A stretch of 64,000 nucleotides of DNA from Bugula neritina (taxonomy: Eukaryota; Animalia; Bryozoa): the NCBI GenBank assembly GCA_964035545.1, contig OZ037767.1:4852707-4916706 (forward strand). The letters run 5' to 3'. Positions 24,601-39,600 of this stretch are shown here, piece after piece; positions within the stretch are counted from its first letter, which is position 1, and each line of letters begins with the position of its first letter. Under the pieces are notes generated by a model. That model made no database searches, was not told the origin of the DNA, and was given only the letters and a program-made list of their open reading frames with translations. The translations under genes were made by a program, and so were the position numbers.

Positions 24601-27600
24601 ACACCCAGTAGCTCATTTATCTGGTGTTAGGTGTGTTCTGCAGCATAATCCTATTTCCTGTGATACTCCTTATATAATTATATGAATGGGTTTTAGCATT
24701 GCATTGTGTTTATATGTTGTAAAGTGTAGAGTGAGTGAGTTATGTTGTTTCCCCACCAAATATAATACTAGTATCTAATAATAATGCATGTATGACTATT
24801 TTAGAAGACCTTATAGACCACAATCCGCGTAAGAATTTAGTTTTCTATTTATTCCATATCCATTTCATTCCCAGATCTTGTTTTATACACCATTATGAGT
24901 TATCTACCCACTGATGTGGTTAAGTGAGCTTAGCTATCATACTATGCTGTGATTTACTTGGCTTATGTTTAAGTCTTTCAAGTTTCTTTGCTGTTCAACA
25001 ATATAAACTATTAAATCTGCACGGATGGTTAGTTTAATTGTGTGAAAATTCTATCATATTGAGTCCATGATTATAGTGATTTGCTAAATTTCTATGTCAA
25101 TTTTAATTGTTAAGTTTACTCAGTACAATAATTCATGAACCTGGATCACTGAATGGCGTTGCACTATGTTTTCACTCCATTCATTTCACACCCCATTGAT
25201 TTCTATTAAAATTATGCAAAATTTTATTTGCCAATTCTTAGACTAAGAACTTAAGCCGCTATTTTGGTTTGTTCCAGGAATCGGAAAAAAATGGAGAAGG
25301 CGTTAAGCACTGCCAAGGAAGATCTGCAGCTAATGAGTGAAAAGATTGTGGCTGCACAGAAAGGTGATTAGCTGTCTCTGGTCGCTGGTGTTAGACTGAG
25401 TTCTAGTATTTACTACTAACAAACTGTTTGCTGTGTTATTCAATCCAGCCTTTCTTTTGCCACTAACTATCTTTTCATATCCTTAAAAAGCTTGACACTT
25501 GCTAAATGCATTAAGTATAAAATTTTCACATGAAAAATAAAACTTCATTTTATAGCCTGAAAAAAGGTGTCATATATACTATTTGATATGTGAAGTAACA
25601 TGATACCTTTATGGTACCTCTATGATACCTTTATGATACATTTATGGTATGTTCATTACACATTTCTGTAGAATATTCGATGAATGAGGTCGTAAAGCAT
25701 ACTTCACTAGCATCAAAAGGTGTAAAGCTTTTTAAGTAGATGTTCAAAGTTTTTGAGCAAATGTTTAATAACTGGTAGTTGTCTACTCTATATATAGGGG
25801 AGACAACTCTTAATTAGCTAATGCATTATTGCTTTTTCCTTTTAAAAAAATGAATAAAATGTTATAGTTGAATCTTGTTCTATTTTACCCTGTCATTATA
25901 TTATTCTCTTTTTATATATATTATATTACGTACTGTTTTATAATATAGTATATTACATCATATTATATGCATGCTGCACAGAACTGGATGAAAAAGATGA
26001 GAAAATACAAATGCTTTACAAGCAGATTGAAGTGAAATCCATGGAGGCTCAGAAGTTCAAGACGGCTGCAGAAGTTGCTAAGGTAATTTTTATTGGAGTT
26101 ATCTGTACATGTAGCACATTAATTCAATTTAACAGCTTGATTATTTTCATGTATGGCTTAAAAAGCATGGCGAGGTGTGAATTTCACAGTCTCTATAATA
26201 GAGATTGGTATTTGAGCTGGAAACCAATAAGGGTACCCAGAAATAAGAATATTTCGCCCAAACATTTCCCATTTAGTTCCCTGATCTCTACAGTGATAGC
26301 AACCAAGGAAATGTTGTAATACATTTTTGCTGTTTGTTAGTGCTTGAATTCACTGCTTAAACTGACTGGTGAAAAATTAAAATACACTTTTATGTGAGCT
26401 GAATAATTTTTATCTCTATTAAAAAATTTTATCCGACAAATTTATCAAACCCCTACTAAAGCCTGGTGCTACATGACCTACTCTTTAACATACATTTTTT
26501 TCAACTTTAACAACAAAACACTTTAGTGACTCATTTTTGATGGACTGAGCACCTGTTATTACAGTGCTGTCCTCGCAGTGGTTTATACCTAACTTTGTTA
26601 TTGTTGAGACACGGCTAGACTCATTTACTATATATAGTATGAGAACCAATAGCACTTCAAGAGTATGTACTATTTTTATTATCACTGCATCATCCTGCCC
26701 CTGCATTTAGTACATAGGAAGTAAACAATGGCTTTGTTTATACCCATCTACTGTTCACTGACTGAATCACATGATCATGTAAACATTTATACTGGATGTT
26801 GATATGCTTATGCAAATCATGCAAAAGTGGTTGTAAATTATATTTTTACTATAAAAAGTCACATGCTTGGAAAATCTCGTTTTGCTTTATTTCTTATATT
26901 GGAATTTTACTCTTTTTGCTTGTTTGAAGTGTGAATTAACATGCCAATTGGCGTGTTAATTGTAAAAACTACATATTAAGTTAGATATTAGGCACCTTTT
27001 AAAATATATAAACTTGTATAATATAACCCAAACAATCAAAATTTTGTCAGTTTTGATGATAGCACCACAAATGAACTTGAATTCTGAATCAGCTTATATT
27101 TAAAATATCTGAGGGTGAATTATATGGGGTCTGGTAGGGTAAAAGTCTAAATAATATGTTTACTGTGTATTCACTATAAACACAATATCATGTAAATACT
27201 TTTAATACAATGAGATAATCGTTATTATAAAATTTTGGTGCAAGCTGTAACTGCAAAGAACTATTTTCACCAATTAAAAACTTGCAAATAACTTGTAACA
27301 CATAATCATCCCTTAAAACATTCGAAAGCATTACACCAACACTTGTATTTTCGATTTCTAAACTCTCTAAAGTGGACTCATCATTCTAATATATTGTTAT
27401 GTCAAATACGTTATGACGTTATGTAACTGGAACGGGTCACCCACTTACTCTTGAAATATGATTTTTGAGTTTCAAAATTACAATACAAATAATGAGAAAA
27501 CATTTGGATATAATGACAATGTCTAACGGAGCAGCACTTTTTTTTCTATGGTTGACAGAGTGATTAGAATGGTTGAGTAGATTTGAATCAAGTCAAGCCT

Positions 27601-30600
27601 AGGGCCACTAGACTAACTACTCCATCACAACTCTTTAGTCTGATATCTCTCTGCTAGTAATGCAGCACCTGTTACAGACTGTCACCACAGACACGCTAAT
27701 CCTGTAAACTTATACCTTTTTTACTCGCCTATAAAGGCTATATCAAATGAGATTGTGAAGAATGATAACCAATAATTCATCTATTATTTGCATGCTGTAG
27801 ACCAGAGTTTAGACTTTGCAATAAGACGTGCCTCCCAGCAATAATAGTCGGTAACCTTAGGTTACCTGTGTTATGTGTTACTTTAAGTTCAGCTCCATCT
27901 TGAAATATATTGTAAGGATTGACGTAGTTTTCTGTATGATGTCACAGCAAATTCATAAAACCAACGATTAAGATATCTGCATCAATGTTATGCAAGTAGT
28001 TGACAACTTTTTCAGGCTTGCTTACAACAATAGGGGGTAAAAATACACCTTTCCCATCACTTTTTAAAAATAGCATTGGTTCAACTTCCTATTGACGCAA
28101 GGTTAGGCAATATACAATTAATTACCTTCATCATACTATAATATAGTAAGTATTAAAATATGGGAGTTGTGTCACCTACTTATACTTTAATCACAAATCT
28201 AGCCAGTTACATAATTGAAAGACAGGTGCAGTAATTGAGAAAAGTCTATGTTCTAGAGCAAAATGTGGCTAAGGAATTTTCTGCTCACCCCAAACCAAAA
28301 TATGTTGAGCAAATAAAAGAACTTGGGTTATTATAATTTTTCCACTAATGCACCTGAATTTAAAGAATAACAAGAGAATTTTGCTTTTTTTAGCGATCAA
28401 ATGTTTCTTCATTAGAAAGAAGCCACTGCAAATTATATTCATAATTCTTTTACTATTGTCAGAGTTTCTAGGTTTATTAATTGATAATGTGACACTAGTA
28501 GGTGTGTGTTGGCATTAATAGGTTAGACTCAACTCTCACCTGGTGGTCCATTATACTACTTAGTGTCAACTCCTCACATCACTCAGTTTGATTTTCACAT
28601 TTGTGCAAAACTATAATATTTTTTGTTATTTTAGTTAAGAAAGCTGTTGCTTTTGCTTTTCTTTGAATTAGGGGAGAGGTATTTTAAAATTAATTTTTCA
28701 CATCTACAAGTTTTAAAAATGGCAACAAATTTTCAGCCTTATTTCTGAACTCGAGCTCTCCATGCTTGCTTCTTATTAGACCAATTAGGATGTTAGCTAT
28801 AATCAACAGTTTATTGCGAAGGTTTTTTGTAATCCTGAAGTAGTAAAACTCATGCTGATAACAGTAAATTGCTTACGTTGTACAAATACAGTTGTCACTA
28901 TGGTTAATCTTAATAAGAGGACACTAATACTAGTTCGTAATATCCTGCCACTCATCCGTATCTTCCACCAATAAAGTGCTACACAATGCTTATTCATCTT
29001 AAAAGAACTGGCAAAGTTATAGCAATAATACTTAATATTCTACCTTATCAATTTACCAACATTAAAACGTGTGCACGTGCATGTTCTCCTCAATTAATTT
29101 AGACACAAACAGAAACGTATAAAGGAAAATTTCAGCACGTTGCACTGCAGCTGCATGTCAGGCAATTTTACATCATTTTAAACCATGACAGCTTGAAAAG
29201 TATAAATTTTTACCGTCCAGACCTCGAACCATTTTAGATTACAGTTTGCTTCATAGCACCTCAACCCAAGCAATACCATAATTATATTATGAGACAGTGC
29301 TGTATGGATCCAAGGCTACATTTTAACTGCCAACACGAAATATAGTCAATTATCCCATGCAAATTTGTACCCTATTAACTGAGCACATTGTAGTAGGCCG
29401 CTTGTTCTTCTGATAAAGCATTTTTTGGATCAGATTTCTCTATTTGAAACTTGTCATCTGCACTTTTAATGAATTTTTGTGAGAGCTTACAGTTTAGAGG
29501 TTATGTAACTGTGACTTTAGGATAACATTACATAATACTGCTGGATGCCAGTCACTGCTGCTTTCGATGTCAAATGCTAATGAGATTCATACTTAAATTT
29601 CAACAGTTAGGCCACATTTCTATAATAAATCGGATTTCATGCTACGATAAATGCTTATAGATAATCATCTTTACTCTATACTGGTTAAAAAAAGAACCGT
29701 AAACACAATACGCTTCATGCTATTGGATATTGTATAACAAATTTAGATGCAGGCAGTCGTGCGGCATTGGCTGGTTTATAAAGTTATATAAGCATACCAT
29801 TTGAAGAAGGCATTGTGTCATGTTGACAGGTTGCAACTTGCCTGGTATAATAAAAATGGTTGTATAACCAGATTCTTGTTGCCTTTCCCGCCACCACCAG
29901 CCAGCACCAGCCAGCACCAGCCGCCATTCTTTAGTGGCACATCATATATTTTGATCTCACAAATATTTACACTCCCTGAAAGTCAAAATATGTCTTATTT
30001 GCTGTTGGTAATAATTTATGTAACAGCAAATTTTAGACACATTTCTAAATGGAGTGGAAGTGAGGATAGGCAAGGCCAAGCTGGAAAGCTGATTTGACAT
30101 TGAATCAACCTCGTGTCAACCCTTGAAACTTGTGTATTGATCAATATTGTATTATATAGAAGTTCTATATTTTGACCATTACACTATATTTTCAATAATT
30201 CACTTACGTTCATTTTGGGAGATGTTCAAGGATATATAATTTTATTGCATAATTCATCTACCAAAACACGTACTTTAATAAAAAAAAATCCTAAAAGCTC
30301 TCATAAAATGAACCAATGAATATTACATAGATGTAGAAAGATCTGCTTTAGTTTCCTTTGCGTTCAGCATTTCTACTTCTGGCACTCAGAGCAGGTGTCA
30401 GTATTGCAGAAACACCAGTTTGTTTCCTTTAAAAGCTAGATTATGTGTAAAAAGTGGGAAAATTAAACTATAGATTTGCTGCTTTTGAAAGAAATGGAGG
30501 TTTAATTGTCATCTTGATAATTATATAAATGTTGAAACCTGTAATATTTGGCCTTAAAATATTTTGTATACTCATATTCTTACCACTTTCGTAAAAAGCA

Positions 30601-33600
30601 TTGATTCAAGAATGTTTTGTACTCAGTAACAAAATTTAACAGGTAGCTACTCTAGTTCACCGCACCTGTTCAGCTCACAAGCCTTTCCTAGAAAGTGAGG
30701 GGGGGGGGATTACTCACCATATTAATGATAATATTGATCATTTAAACTGTTTTTGGTCTAAGTTATTATCATCAGGCTAAAAATATTCAGAAGTTGTATG
30801 AAATAGCCCCAACTAGAATAGCTGTTTTTCTTGGCCTAAAGGACAGTCTGCTTATTTGCTTGCATACATTTTAAAGGTCACTCAAAAAGGTCATTCAATT
30901 TAGTTTACTCTAGAGTCCAGTGTAAATCCGAAAAGCCCTAAAACTAAAGAAGAGTAGTCAATACTTCAAAGGCCCATTAGTCCAAATGAAGTTGTTTAAT
31001 ACTTTAATACATTATTTTTATTGTGTATCGTACCTAATATACTTCAGGTTAAAACCTCAAATCCTTAAAAATGGCTTGCAAATATTACTAAGCAAGTATT
31101 TTCAGACCAATGGAGCTTCAGACTAACTGGCCTTCGAAATATTGACCAGTCCCAAAACCAATGTGGTGTTTGGCGCCTTAAAACCCAAGTAAGGGCTATA
31201 GTTACTTGGGATTGAAATAGGAATCGGTTTTCTAGCCTAACATTTCTTCATCTTTATTGGTGGTTCCTTTTCCAAGGTTTTACTACTTGAGTGTGTTTAA
31301 TGAATTCACTGTAGAAATTGCATAAGGCAAAAAACGTAGTATCCTTCGCCATAGGGTTAGTTGATGGCAGAATCACGTTTCTGTATGCAGGGTGTTTCCT
31401 TTGCTCATAAACTCTGCTTATAAATGATAAAAGCATGCACCAAGTGTGCCGGAAGTGCCCAACTTATCAATATAACAAATAGATCTGTCAACTTATGAAA
31501 GCATTGTTCATCCTTCAATATTACCCACATCATTAATAATAATATTATAAAATCAGTGTGTGTCGTGTGCTTTTAGTTGGTTGTATAACTATTTTAAATT
31601 ATATAATATCATTTTATTTATATACTTTGTTTACACCGCAATATGTAAACTGTACAGTCAACCGGACATAGGACACATACGCTAGCGGTTTCCCTTGTCT
31701 ATTATGGTCAAATTTGTTATAAAACATCGAAGGATAAGTAAACATAAATTGACCCTAGTTATGTTTAAAGGCTTTGGCTAAATTCTAGGTCTCTGTAAGT
31801 TGTTGAGAAGTACATAATATTATCTGATTTGGTGTATTGAATTTCTTATTAGATAACACTTTTTTAGGCAGCAAACGAAAATCACACGTTTTTCAAAAGT
31901 ATTTCAAGCTTGAACTGGCACGTTCTTACAGCAGGTGTTTTATGTTTAAACAGGAAAATAGGGTTTAGATTTTGTTTGTCTTTATTGAAGCTCTAAGATT
32001 TATTGCAGATAATCTTTGACCTATGAAATTTGGGGTTCAGTAAGATCTCTAGTCATTATAGCTAACTGTATGTTGGCTGTATATAAGAATCTTTGGATTT
32101 TGGCGTTAAACTGGAATTTAGTAATTTGTCATTTATCTGAAAAATATCAAAGTCATTGTTTTTCTGTTACCAATTTTCAATAATATTTATAAAATGATTC
32201 CACATCACTGATTTATCATTCGTTCACATTTGACCCTTAAACTATTACACTGAAAAAATCTTGAAATATAATAAATTTGAACTATTATTTCAATGACCTC
32301 AGAAATCTTGTTGACCCTTTGTAAGTTATGGTGTTGAAATCACAGAATTTGCTTTCAAGTTTTGAGACTCATTCTCCACTGGGGTAGGGGGGGTTATACG
32401 CTGTCCCCACCAAGTTTCGAAAGCAATCTACATTGCTCAAAGTTCTATAGAAGTAGATGCAATTAATGGAGAAATTGAGACAAGCCTGTGTTCTAGATTG
32501 CAAATGTAGCAAAGAAATTATGTTCAAATTTCTATTGAATAATCTCAACAAAAAATTAAGAAAATTGCAGATCGTAGGTTGTCTCAATCTCTTCAATACT
32601 GCACTTCACTGCTTGCTATAGTATTACTATACTCGTCAGTTATATGTGTCAGTTAGAGTGATGCATGCAGATGTAGACTGGAATAACATTCTGATATTAG
32701 AGGCTTAGTGTTCCAACGCATTCAATGAGGCGTACTAGCTATGAATTTATTACTAATGTTCCCTCTTTGATTTTTGGGCGGTAAAAAGACACTCTGTCTG
32801 TAAATGGATGAGCATTAAACATGGTATATCTTATAACTAATTATCAGCAGTACGAAAGAACATCAGGAGCTTGAGCTGTTCACTTGTTGTGTTTAGATTC
32901 CATGGCTCCTTTTAGCTTTAATTGGCGATCTTTGGGGGAGTTATGATGATGTTATATTCTTAAACTCTTTTTATGGTAGCATTTAGGGTTTTGTTCTAAT
33001 AGTTTATATATACAGCGTATAACATTTTATTATTGTAAAAGTTCAATTGCACACGTGACCAAAAGTGCTTGCTTCTGCCATCCAGAGCTTAGATTATGGC
33101 TAGTTTGCATTCATACCAATACCCTTACAGGGGTATTGCTAAATTAACTGTAAACAACCTACCTATTTACTAAATATTGTATAGTACAGCTTCTTGTACC
33201 TTTAGGTAACCTCCGCAACCAACACCAGTTCCTGATATTGAATATTTTTTAGAGTTATTGCAGGTATAACAGAAAAGTTGTCTTCTTTTTTGATTGAAAT
33301 ATTGCCTAAAATTTCCAAAATTCTATGATTATAAATGCAACTTGGCGGTTTGACCTATATGGTGATTCAACTTTGCTCGCTATAATTTATGCGTAGAAAA
33401 TCTTGTATAAGCAAGTTATAGACAGTAAAATATAAATATCTAAATCTTGAGGGATACTTCAAAGGAAAATAATTGGCTTTATGCCAGCTATTATAGCAGA
33501 TTACAGTCAGTTACCTTTGCTATCATTACAACCAAATAATAATTGTAAGTGAAAGAGCTGTTTATTTATTTATTGAATTTACAAAGGAAGGGGGGGAGGG

Positions 33601-36600
33601 AGAATTGGCTACCATCTAAGTTCATTCTATACGGTGGTACCAAAACATGTAGCTTGCTGCTATGAACTTCTTAATACATGATAATGCACTATAATACATC
33701 TTAATCAGTTACTCAACTTTAATTGAATTTTCATTACTACCTGATTTGAGTAGTTGCACAAAAATGTAATTATCATTAGAAAAGAGTTGAGAAACTCAAT
33801 GTAAGTGGTTTAAAATGTAAATGAAGGCTAACCCATTTATGTACTTTTGCATCTCTTGACTTGCTGTTTGCTGTTGGTGTCAGGTAAAAAGGGTGCATAT
33901 GGAAAAAAAAAGGTGAAAATGGCACAATTTCAATATTAGGGTTTGGGGTGGTGGTTGGGGGTTTGTAATGGGGGTTTGGGAAAATTTAACACCAGTGTAC
34001 CATTTTACTTACTTTCCCTTTTGCTCCACCATTACCTGTGCAAATTTTACTTAAAGTTATTTGCTGTTAGCTCAGGCTCTATAGATTCACTTAGTTGACT
34101 CTTAACAATTGAGCTGCTATCATTTGTTAAGAACTCAAGCTACATTTATTTCACATCATATTTTATTTACTGTTGAAAAGCACATCTTGCAACTTTAAGT
34201 AATTAAATTAATAAGTCACACTGAGCATGCTCTTAATTTATAACTCGAAATTTTGCGACAAGAGTTTAGCAAAAGTTCTACGTTTCATATATTTCATAAA
34301 TGCTGTTTGGTATTTCATACTGTATAATAACCTCCAACTCACAATTTTATTATTTCCAATGAATGTTATATAGGTAATATATTATTATACAATTAATATA
34401 GTCTGTCTCGTAGGATCACTCGACCTTTTATAAAATGTCATTTTGAGAAAAACACCGGTGAAAATAGACAGATTGAAAATGGGGCTCAGCGTCTATAAAA
34501 ACCAATATAAAAGTCTATAAAAGTCCAATATAGCTTTTTGTTATAGCCCAGACTATTTTGTGCGTAGACTATATTTTAGTTTGGAAGTACCCACTAGGTT
34601 GTTAACACATTTTAAGAGATTTTAAACTCTTTTTACAAGTTTTAGCATTTATGTTGGCTTTTTAGCTTTTTATTAAGATAAACTTTTTAAAATAACAAAT
34701 ACATGTTGATAAAGCTTCTGTGAGTTAACAAAAATACGGGTTAAAACTCTATGCAATTTTTTTCTTAGGCAAAAGAGTTTGAATGATTGAAAGTTTAAAG
34801 AAAAATTAATAGCTCAATAGGTGGGTCATCACTGAAATTTGCCTTTCTTTCTGAGTAGTCTACATTCCAAATTTGCTTAGTTTTCACGTGAACTGTTTTG
34901 GACTTATCAGGTTTTAGATGCCCATTTCCGATCTGTCCATTTTAAAGTTCATATTTTCTACATTTTTTTTTGAAAGGTTGTGTTACCTCTGGTAGACCTT
35001 CATCAATTATCATTATGGAACATGATAGACAGACTATCTGCCACTAGGTTATAGGGAATATAGAGTTCTCTGCATATAATACTCTGCACGGGCTGGGAGA
35101 TTAACTTGGTTACGTTCTCACGATATAAAAGTGCAGCTATCATAACTTGTATATATATGCATATCATATTTCTACTATAGGCTAACTCTTCTTTTTATTA
35201 ATACATCACCTTCTGTATATATTATTGTGCAAAAGAATGCATAGCTGTAAACTGAAGTGCAGGTGACAACTGTTTGCAACAAGTGGCATTAAGATAAATT
35301 ATATAATGTTACTATTTATTGGCAGCAAATCATAACTGGGTCATGTATTGACACCTAACTACATTTATTTATTTTCAGCCAAGTAATAGCTTAGTTTTAG
35401 TTTTATAATTCAGTTTGAAAAACCGAGAATATTGAGGTCATATTGGAAGAATTAGATTAAATGCATGGTACAAAGCATTGCCTCGTTTCAGCAATCAAAA
35501 CCATTTTGAAAACTAGATTTCTATCCAGCTGCTATCCTCAGACAACCACTGTATATCAGAGATTGTATATAAGAGGTCATGTACCAGAGTTCACAAACAG
35601 CCAGTGATCACAGTGGCAGCTGATTAGAAGGTGCTGATGACACTCTACCAGCCTTTGATAAGTCTGATGATATTTAGGCTACTACGGCAACCTTTACACT
35701 TATGGTGCCTTTCATATTTTAAATGTTGATTTCAATATTAGACCTTCATAGCATTTCTCATTTGCCTCCATGTTGTATAAATATATTACCAATTCACACT
35801 TGAAAATTTAGTTCTAATTTGATTTGATCACCCAGTTTTAGTTTTATAATATTTTTTACGAAATGTCCTGAGTTAGGTAAACTTGGTTTTTATGAAATAG
35901 GTATGTTTCAGCTTACTACGTGATTGATAGTTATTTGGGCACTTAGTAAAAAATCTATGCTACAGCAGGGGTTGAGGACTAAGCTGGCTGGTGCGGTGTT
36001 ACAGCATGCATGCTATGCTCAGTTCCAGGACTATATTATGGCAGGTCTAGTAAGGTTGAATAGTGTTGTATTTAACCAAGTTGGCATTAACTTTAATGAA
36101 GATAGATTACTTTAAAGCTGTCACCTTTTTTAACCAACTTCATTTCTTTAAATGATGTTTTTTAGCTGGTTTGCTACTATCCCAGGATTGAGAGTAAATA
36201 GTATAGATACTCTAATTTGCATATTGTTTTGGTTGCCTTTGGAAGGCACAAGCCCATTCCCACGTGATACAAACATACTCAAAGTTGTTGTAACAAATTT
36301 CACAATGAGCACTTAGCAACTATTTCAGAGTTTTAGCTGCTAGACTATAGGCAATATCACGTTACAAAACCCATAAAGATTTCAAGACAGATAAGAAATG
36401 TTGAAGCAATATTGTCAATAAATAGTACAATATATATTTGTCTTGTATTCAGTTTTGCATTGCAATGGCAATCCATGAAAATGCAATAATCACTTTTGTA
36501 TTGAATAAATAAATATGAAGTATTTGTACAAAATATATAAAAATAAATCAGCTCAAAATTTCCCTGTACATGATTGTTTACAATTTGGTTTTATGCTAAA

Positions 36601-39600
36601 ATACGTCTGATTCAAACAGCAGTTTCAGGTAAGATAGGTTGTGCTGGAGCAAACTTTCCCTGTGAGGCTAAGATGCCCAGCGTGATACCTATTATGACTA
36701 TAAGTGTCACAACTCCCACAGCTAATCCTATTATAATATAGTTCAAGTTGCTGAGTTGTGTCACTGCTTTATCTGTCTGTTCATCGTCTGTTTGACCAGC
36801 AATCGAAGGTGGAGGTACCGGCTTCTTTGTCGGCATCTTTGTGGTTTCGAAATATTTTACTGTAGGAATAATCGTAGTGGTCCTTGGTAATGTAGTTTTA
36901 GTTGGCACTTTGGTGCTTGTTTTAGCAGTTGTTGGGATTGTTGTGGTAGGTGTGGTGGTTGTAGTAGTAGTTGTAGTTGCTTTAGTAGTAGTTGTAGTTG
37001 GTGTAGTGGTGGTTGTAGTAGTGGTGGTGGTGGTTGGTGTAGTGGTGGTTGTAGTTGGTGTAGTGGTGGTTGTAGTTGGTGTAGTGGTGGTAGTAGTTGG
37101 TGTAGTTGTGGTAGTAGTTATGGGCTTCTTTATGGTGGTTGTGGATTTAAGTGTGGTTGTGCTTGTAGTTTCTGGAAACAGTGTAACATCAACACCATGA
37201 TCTGGAATGTCTATATCTCCTCTATTTTGGGCCTCCACAACAACTGTAAATATAAACAAAACAATGTTAAACATTTAAACAAAAGTGTAAACATAGGACA
37301 TTGCCTGAGGGGCTTTCTACTTCTGTAAACTTGTATAGCAGCATTATCAGTAGAATAATTTTGTCTATTGTTTCAACTTCTGGAGATTCTAGTGAGCTTA
37401 GACCGCCCATGGCGAAGTTTATTACAATAATACCGGATAATAATAGAATAACAAGACTTGAGGACAAGATGATGGATTAGCAGATTGCATGAAACAGATA
37501 GTCAACATTTCAATTATCAAAACAATTTGAGAAATGTTAGCATAGTCCTAGGACGTAGACAGTAGGTCACTGTGTGCGGTAGGCTATGACATCATAGCTG
37601 TTGATTCTCTGAATTAGAAAAAAATCTGTTTCCTGTTACGCCATATATTTTCACATAATTACACACATTATACATGCAGTATATTACTACAATCATAACA
37701 AGCAGTCACTGTGAAATGGTCTCGGGTAACAGGCAGGCCTACAGTGTTTTATGAATGGGGTTGCCCCTCGTGGAGTATGATATGTATTCATTATCTGGCA
37801 CTGTAATAGGCACTGTAACATCTTGTCCCCAACACACACAGATACTATGATCATGATAAAGAATAAGATCATTAATCTGCTAGACTTTACAAAAGGCATG
37901 CAGTGCAATCAAATCTTTCTACTACCTTTTTTATTAACATAATTTATCATTTGCCGAATGAACATCTCAATGCAACGAGTGTCAACCAGGTTTTTGAGAA
38001 CACTGACACCAGTTACAGGTGATGCAGGTGTTACAGGGACATGGCATTTAATTCACCTGGATGCAATAAACAAGCCAAAAATACAATGAATAAAAAAACT
38101 CTGCATTCATATTATATAATGCATACTTTTCGGAGAAAAAAACAATGTTACTGGAAAATATTTCATCTTTGCTCCAGTTAAACTACCCCCAGACATATAT
38201 TTATAGGAGAAACAGAAGGGTAGAGGGGTGGGACTGAAACAATTCAATTAGAAAATAACAATTTCAAATTTGTATATTTAACTAAAATGTAGCCGAATAG
38301 AATGTGGCAGGACGATTGATGCGTGTAATGATTATTATAATTCATAAACACTGGACTTATGTTGATTCACTGGCGTCAATCTGCCTCAGGCTACTAGGTT
38401 ACACAACACTGCACACATGCGTACACACATGTATGGGAGTTGCTAAGGCTAGATGACCTTACATAGTGGTCAATTCACTCGGTTGAATTATGGGTTAGAA
38501 CTTAGACTACCACCAGTAATTCTACCACACGTTTATAATTCATTCGACCATTCAAGTGCAGCAGCTGAGAAACTGCTTGTAATACTGGTTGATGTGGTAC
38601 TGCAGTACTCCTTCTACCACCGTAACAGACCTTCAAATCAGAGACTCTAAAATGGAGACTCTAGTCACTAGTATATTGGTTACTAAATCATAAGTTCTGG
38701 AATAGGGATTAAGCTCATGTTCAAACAATAACTTGCACCACAATTATTCAACATGTCATTGCCTAACATCAGTTGGAAATTGTTTTTGCAGTCATTTTCT
38801 ATTTGGCAGCATTTGGCTGCCAGAGTGGCTTTGTACAACATAACAACTACCAGCACTAAAACACATAGGATAGTATGCAGTTAAACCTACAACCAACCAG
38901 AAAACATTTCCACACTTCTGACTGGACTATTTTCTAACTAAAAACAAAGCAAATTGCACAATAATTGAGACTAAGTCATAAACATCTCTGTCCAGGAAAT
39001 TGACCATTGCCAAACATTTGATGTCAAACTACACAGCCATTCTATCAATCACGTACTTGGAAACTAAATAAATCATTAAAAGGATTGCAAGCAGAAGGAG
39101 TTCTATCCTTTGACCTTACTTTTGGAGAGAGCAAATGTCACAATCCTAAACACTAATGATAATGTTGCTTGCAACTTCTTCATGGCTGTTCAGATAATTA
39201 ACTCTGCCAGAGTTCTATAACTCGTAGATGACTACCAAGTTTGCTATGGTATAACCTAGCCCCTCTTTTTCTTACTCTCTCAATCTATCTAGGTAAAATT
39301 GCATGGGTTAGGATTTTAATTTTGCCTAAAACTTCACTCAATGCCCCTCCCCTCTCTTACAACTATGAACAACCTGTTCCAGACTGTCACTTTGTGATAA
39401 GCATCTTTGACTGTGTGAGAAGTAGAAGCCAGACTCCATGGTGTTAAAACTCTTATCATTAATTTACTATAAGTTCTACCATGTTTAGGAATTATGAAAT
39501 ATTTGCACCCATTCGCCTCAACACCACAACTATTGGTTGGCAAGCCTAACTGAATTGCCACAAAAGATCCGGTTCGAAGTTTTATAGCTACAAGTTGAAT

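Noticed and set aside
26400-36500. Short ORFs in the large intron (28803, 29801, 31254, 32369, 35924 and others)
   Set aside because: No recognisable motifs, no phase-consistent exon chain, and no transposase or reverse transcriptase signature seen.
36841-37200. 119-aa poly-Val ORF on +
   Set aside because: Reverse complement of the Thr-codon repeat of the nested mucin-like gene.
37267-37467. Hydrophobic - strand ORF as first exon of the mucin-like gene
   Set aside because: It starts at TTG and needs a non-consensus GC donor (CAG|GCAATG). The 39183-39120 exon has a better ATG context, a GTAAG donor and the correct phase. Not fully excluded.
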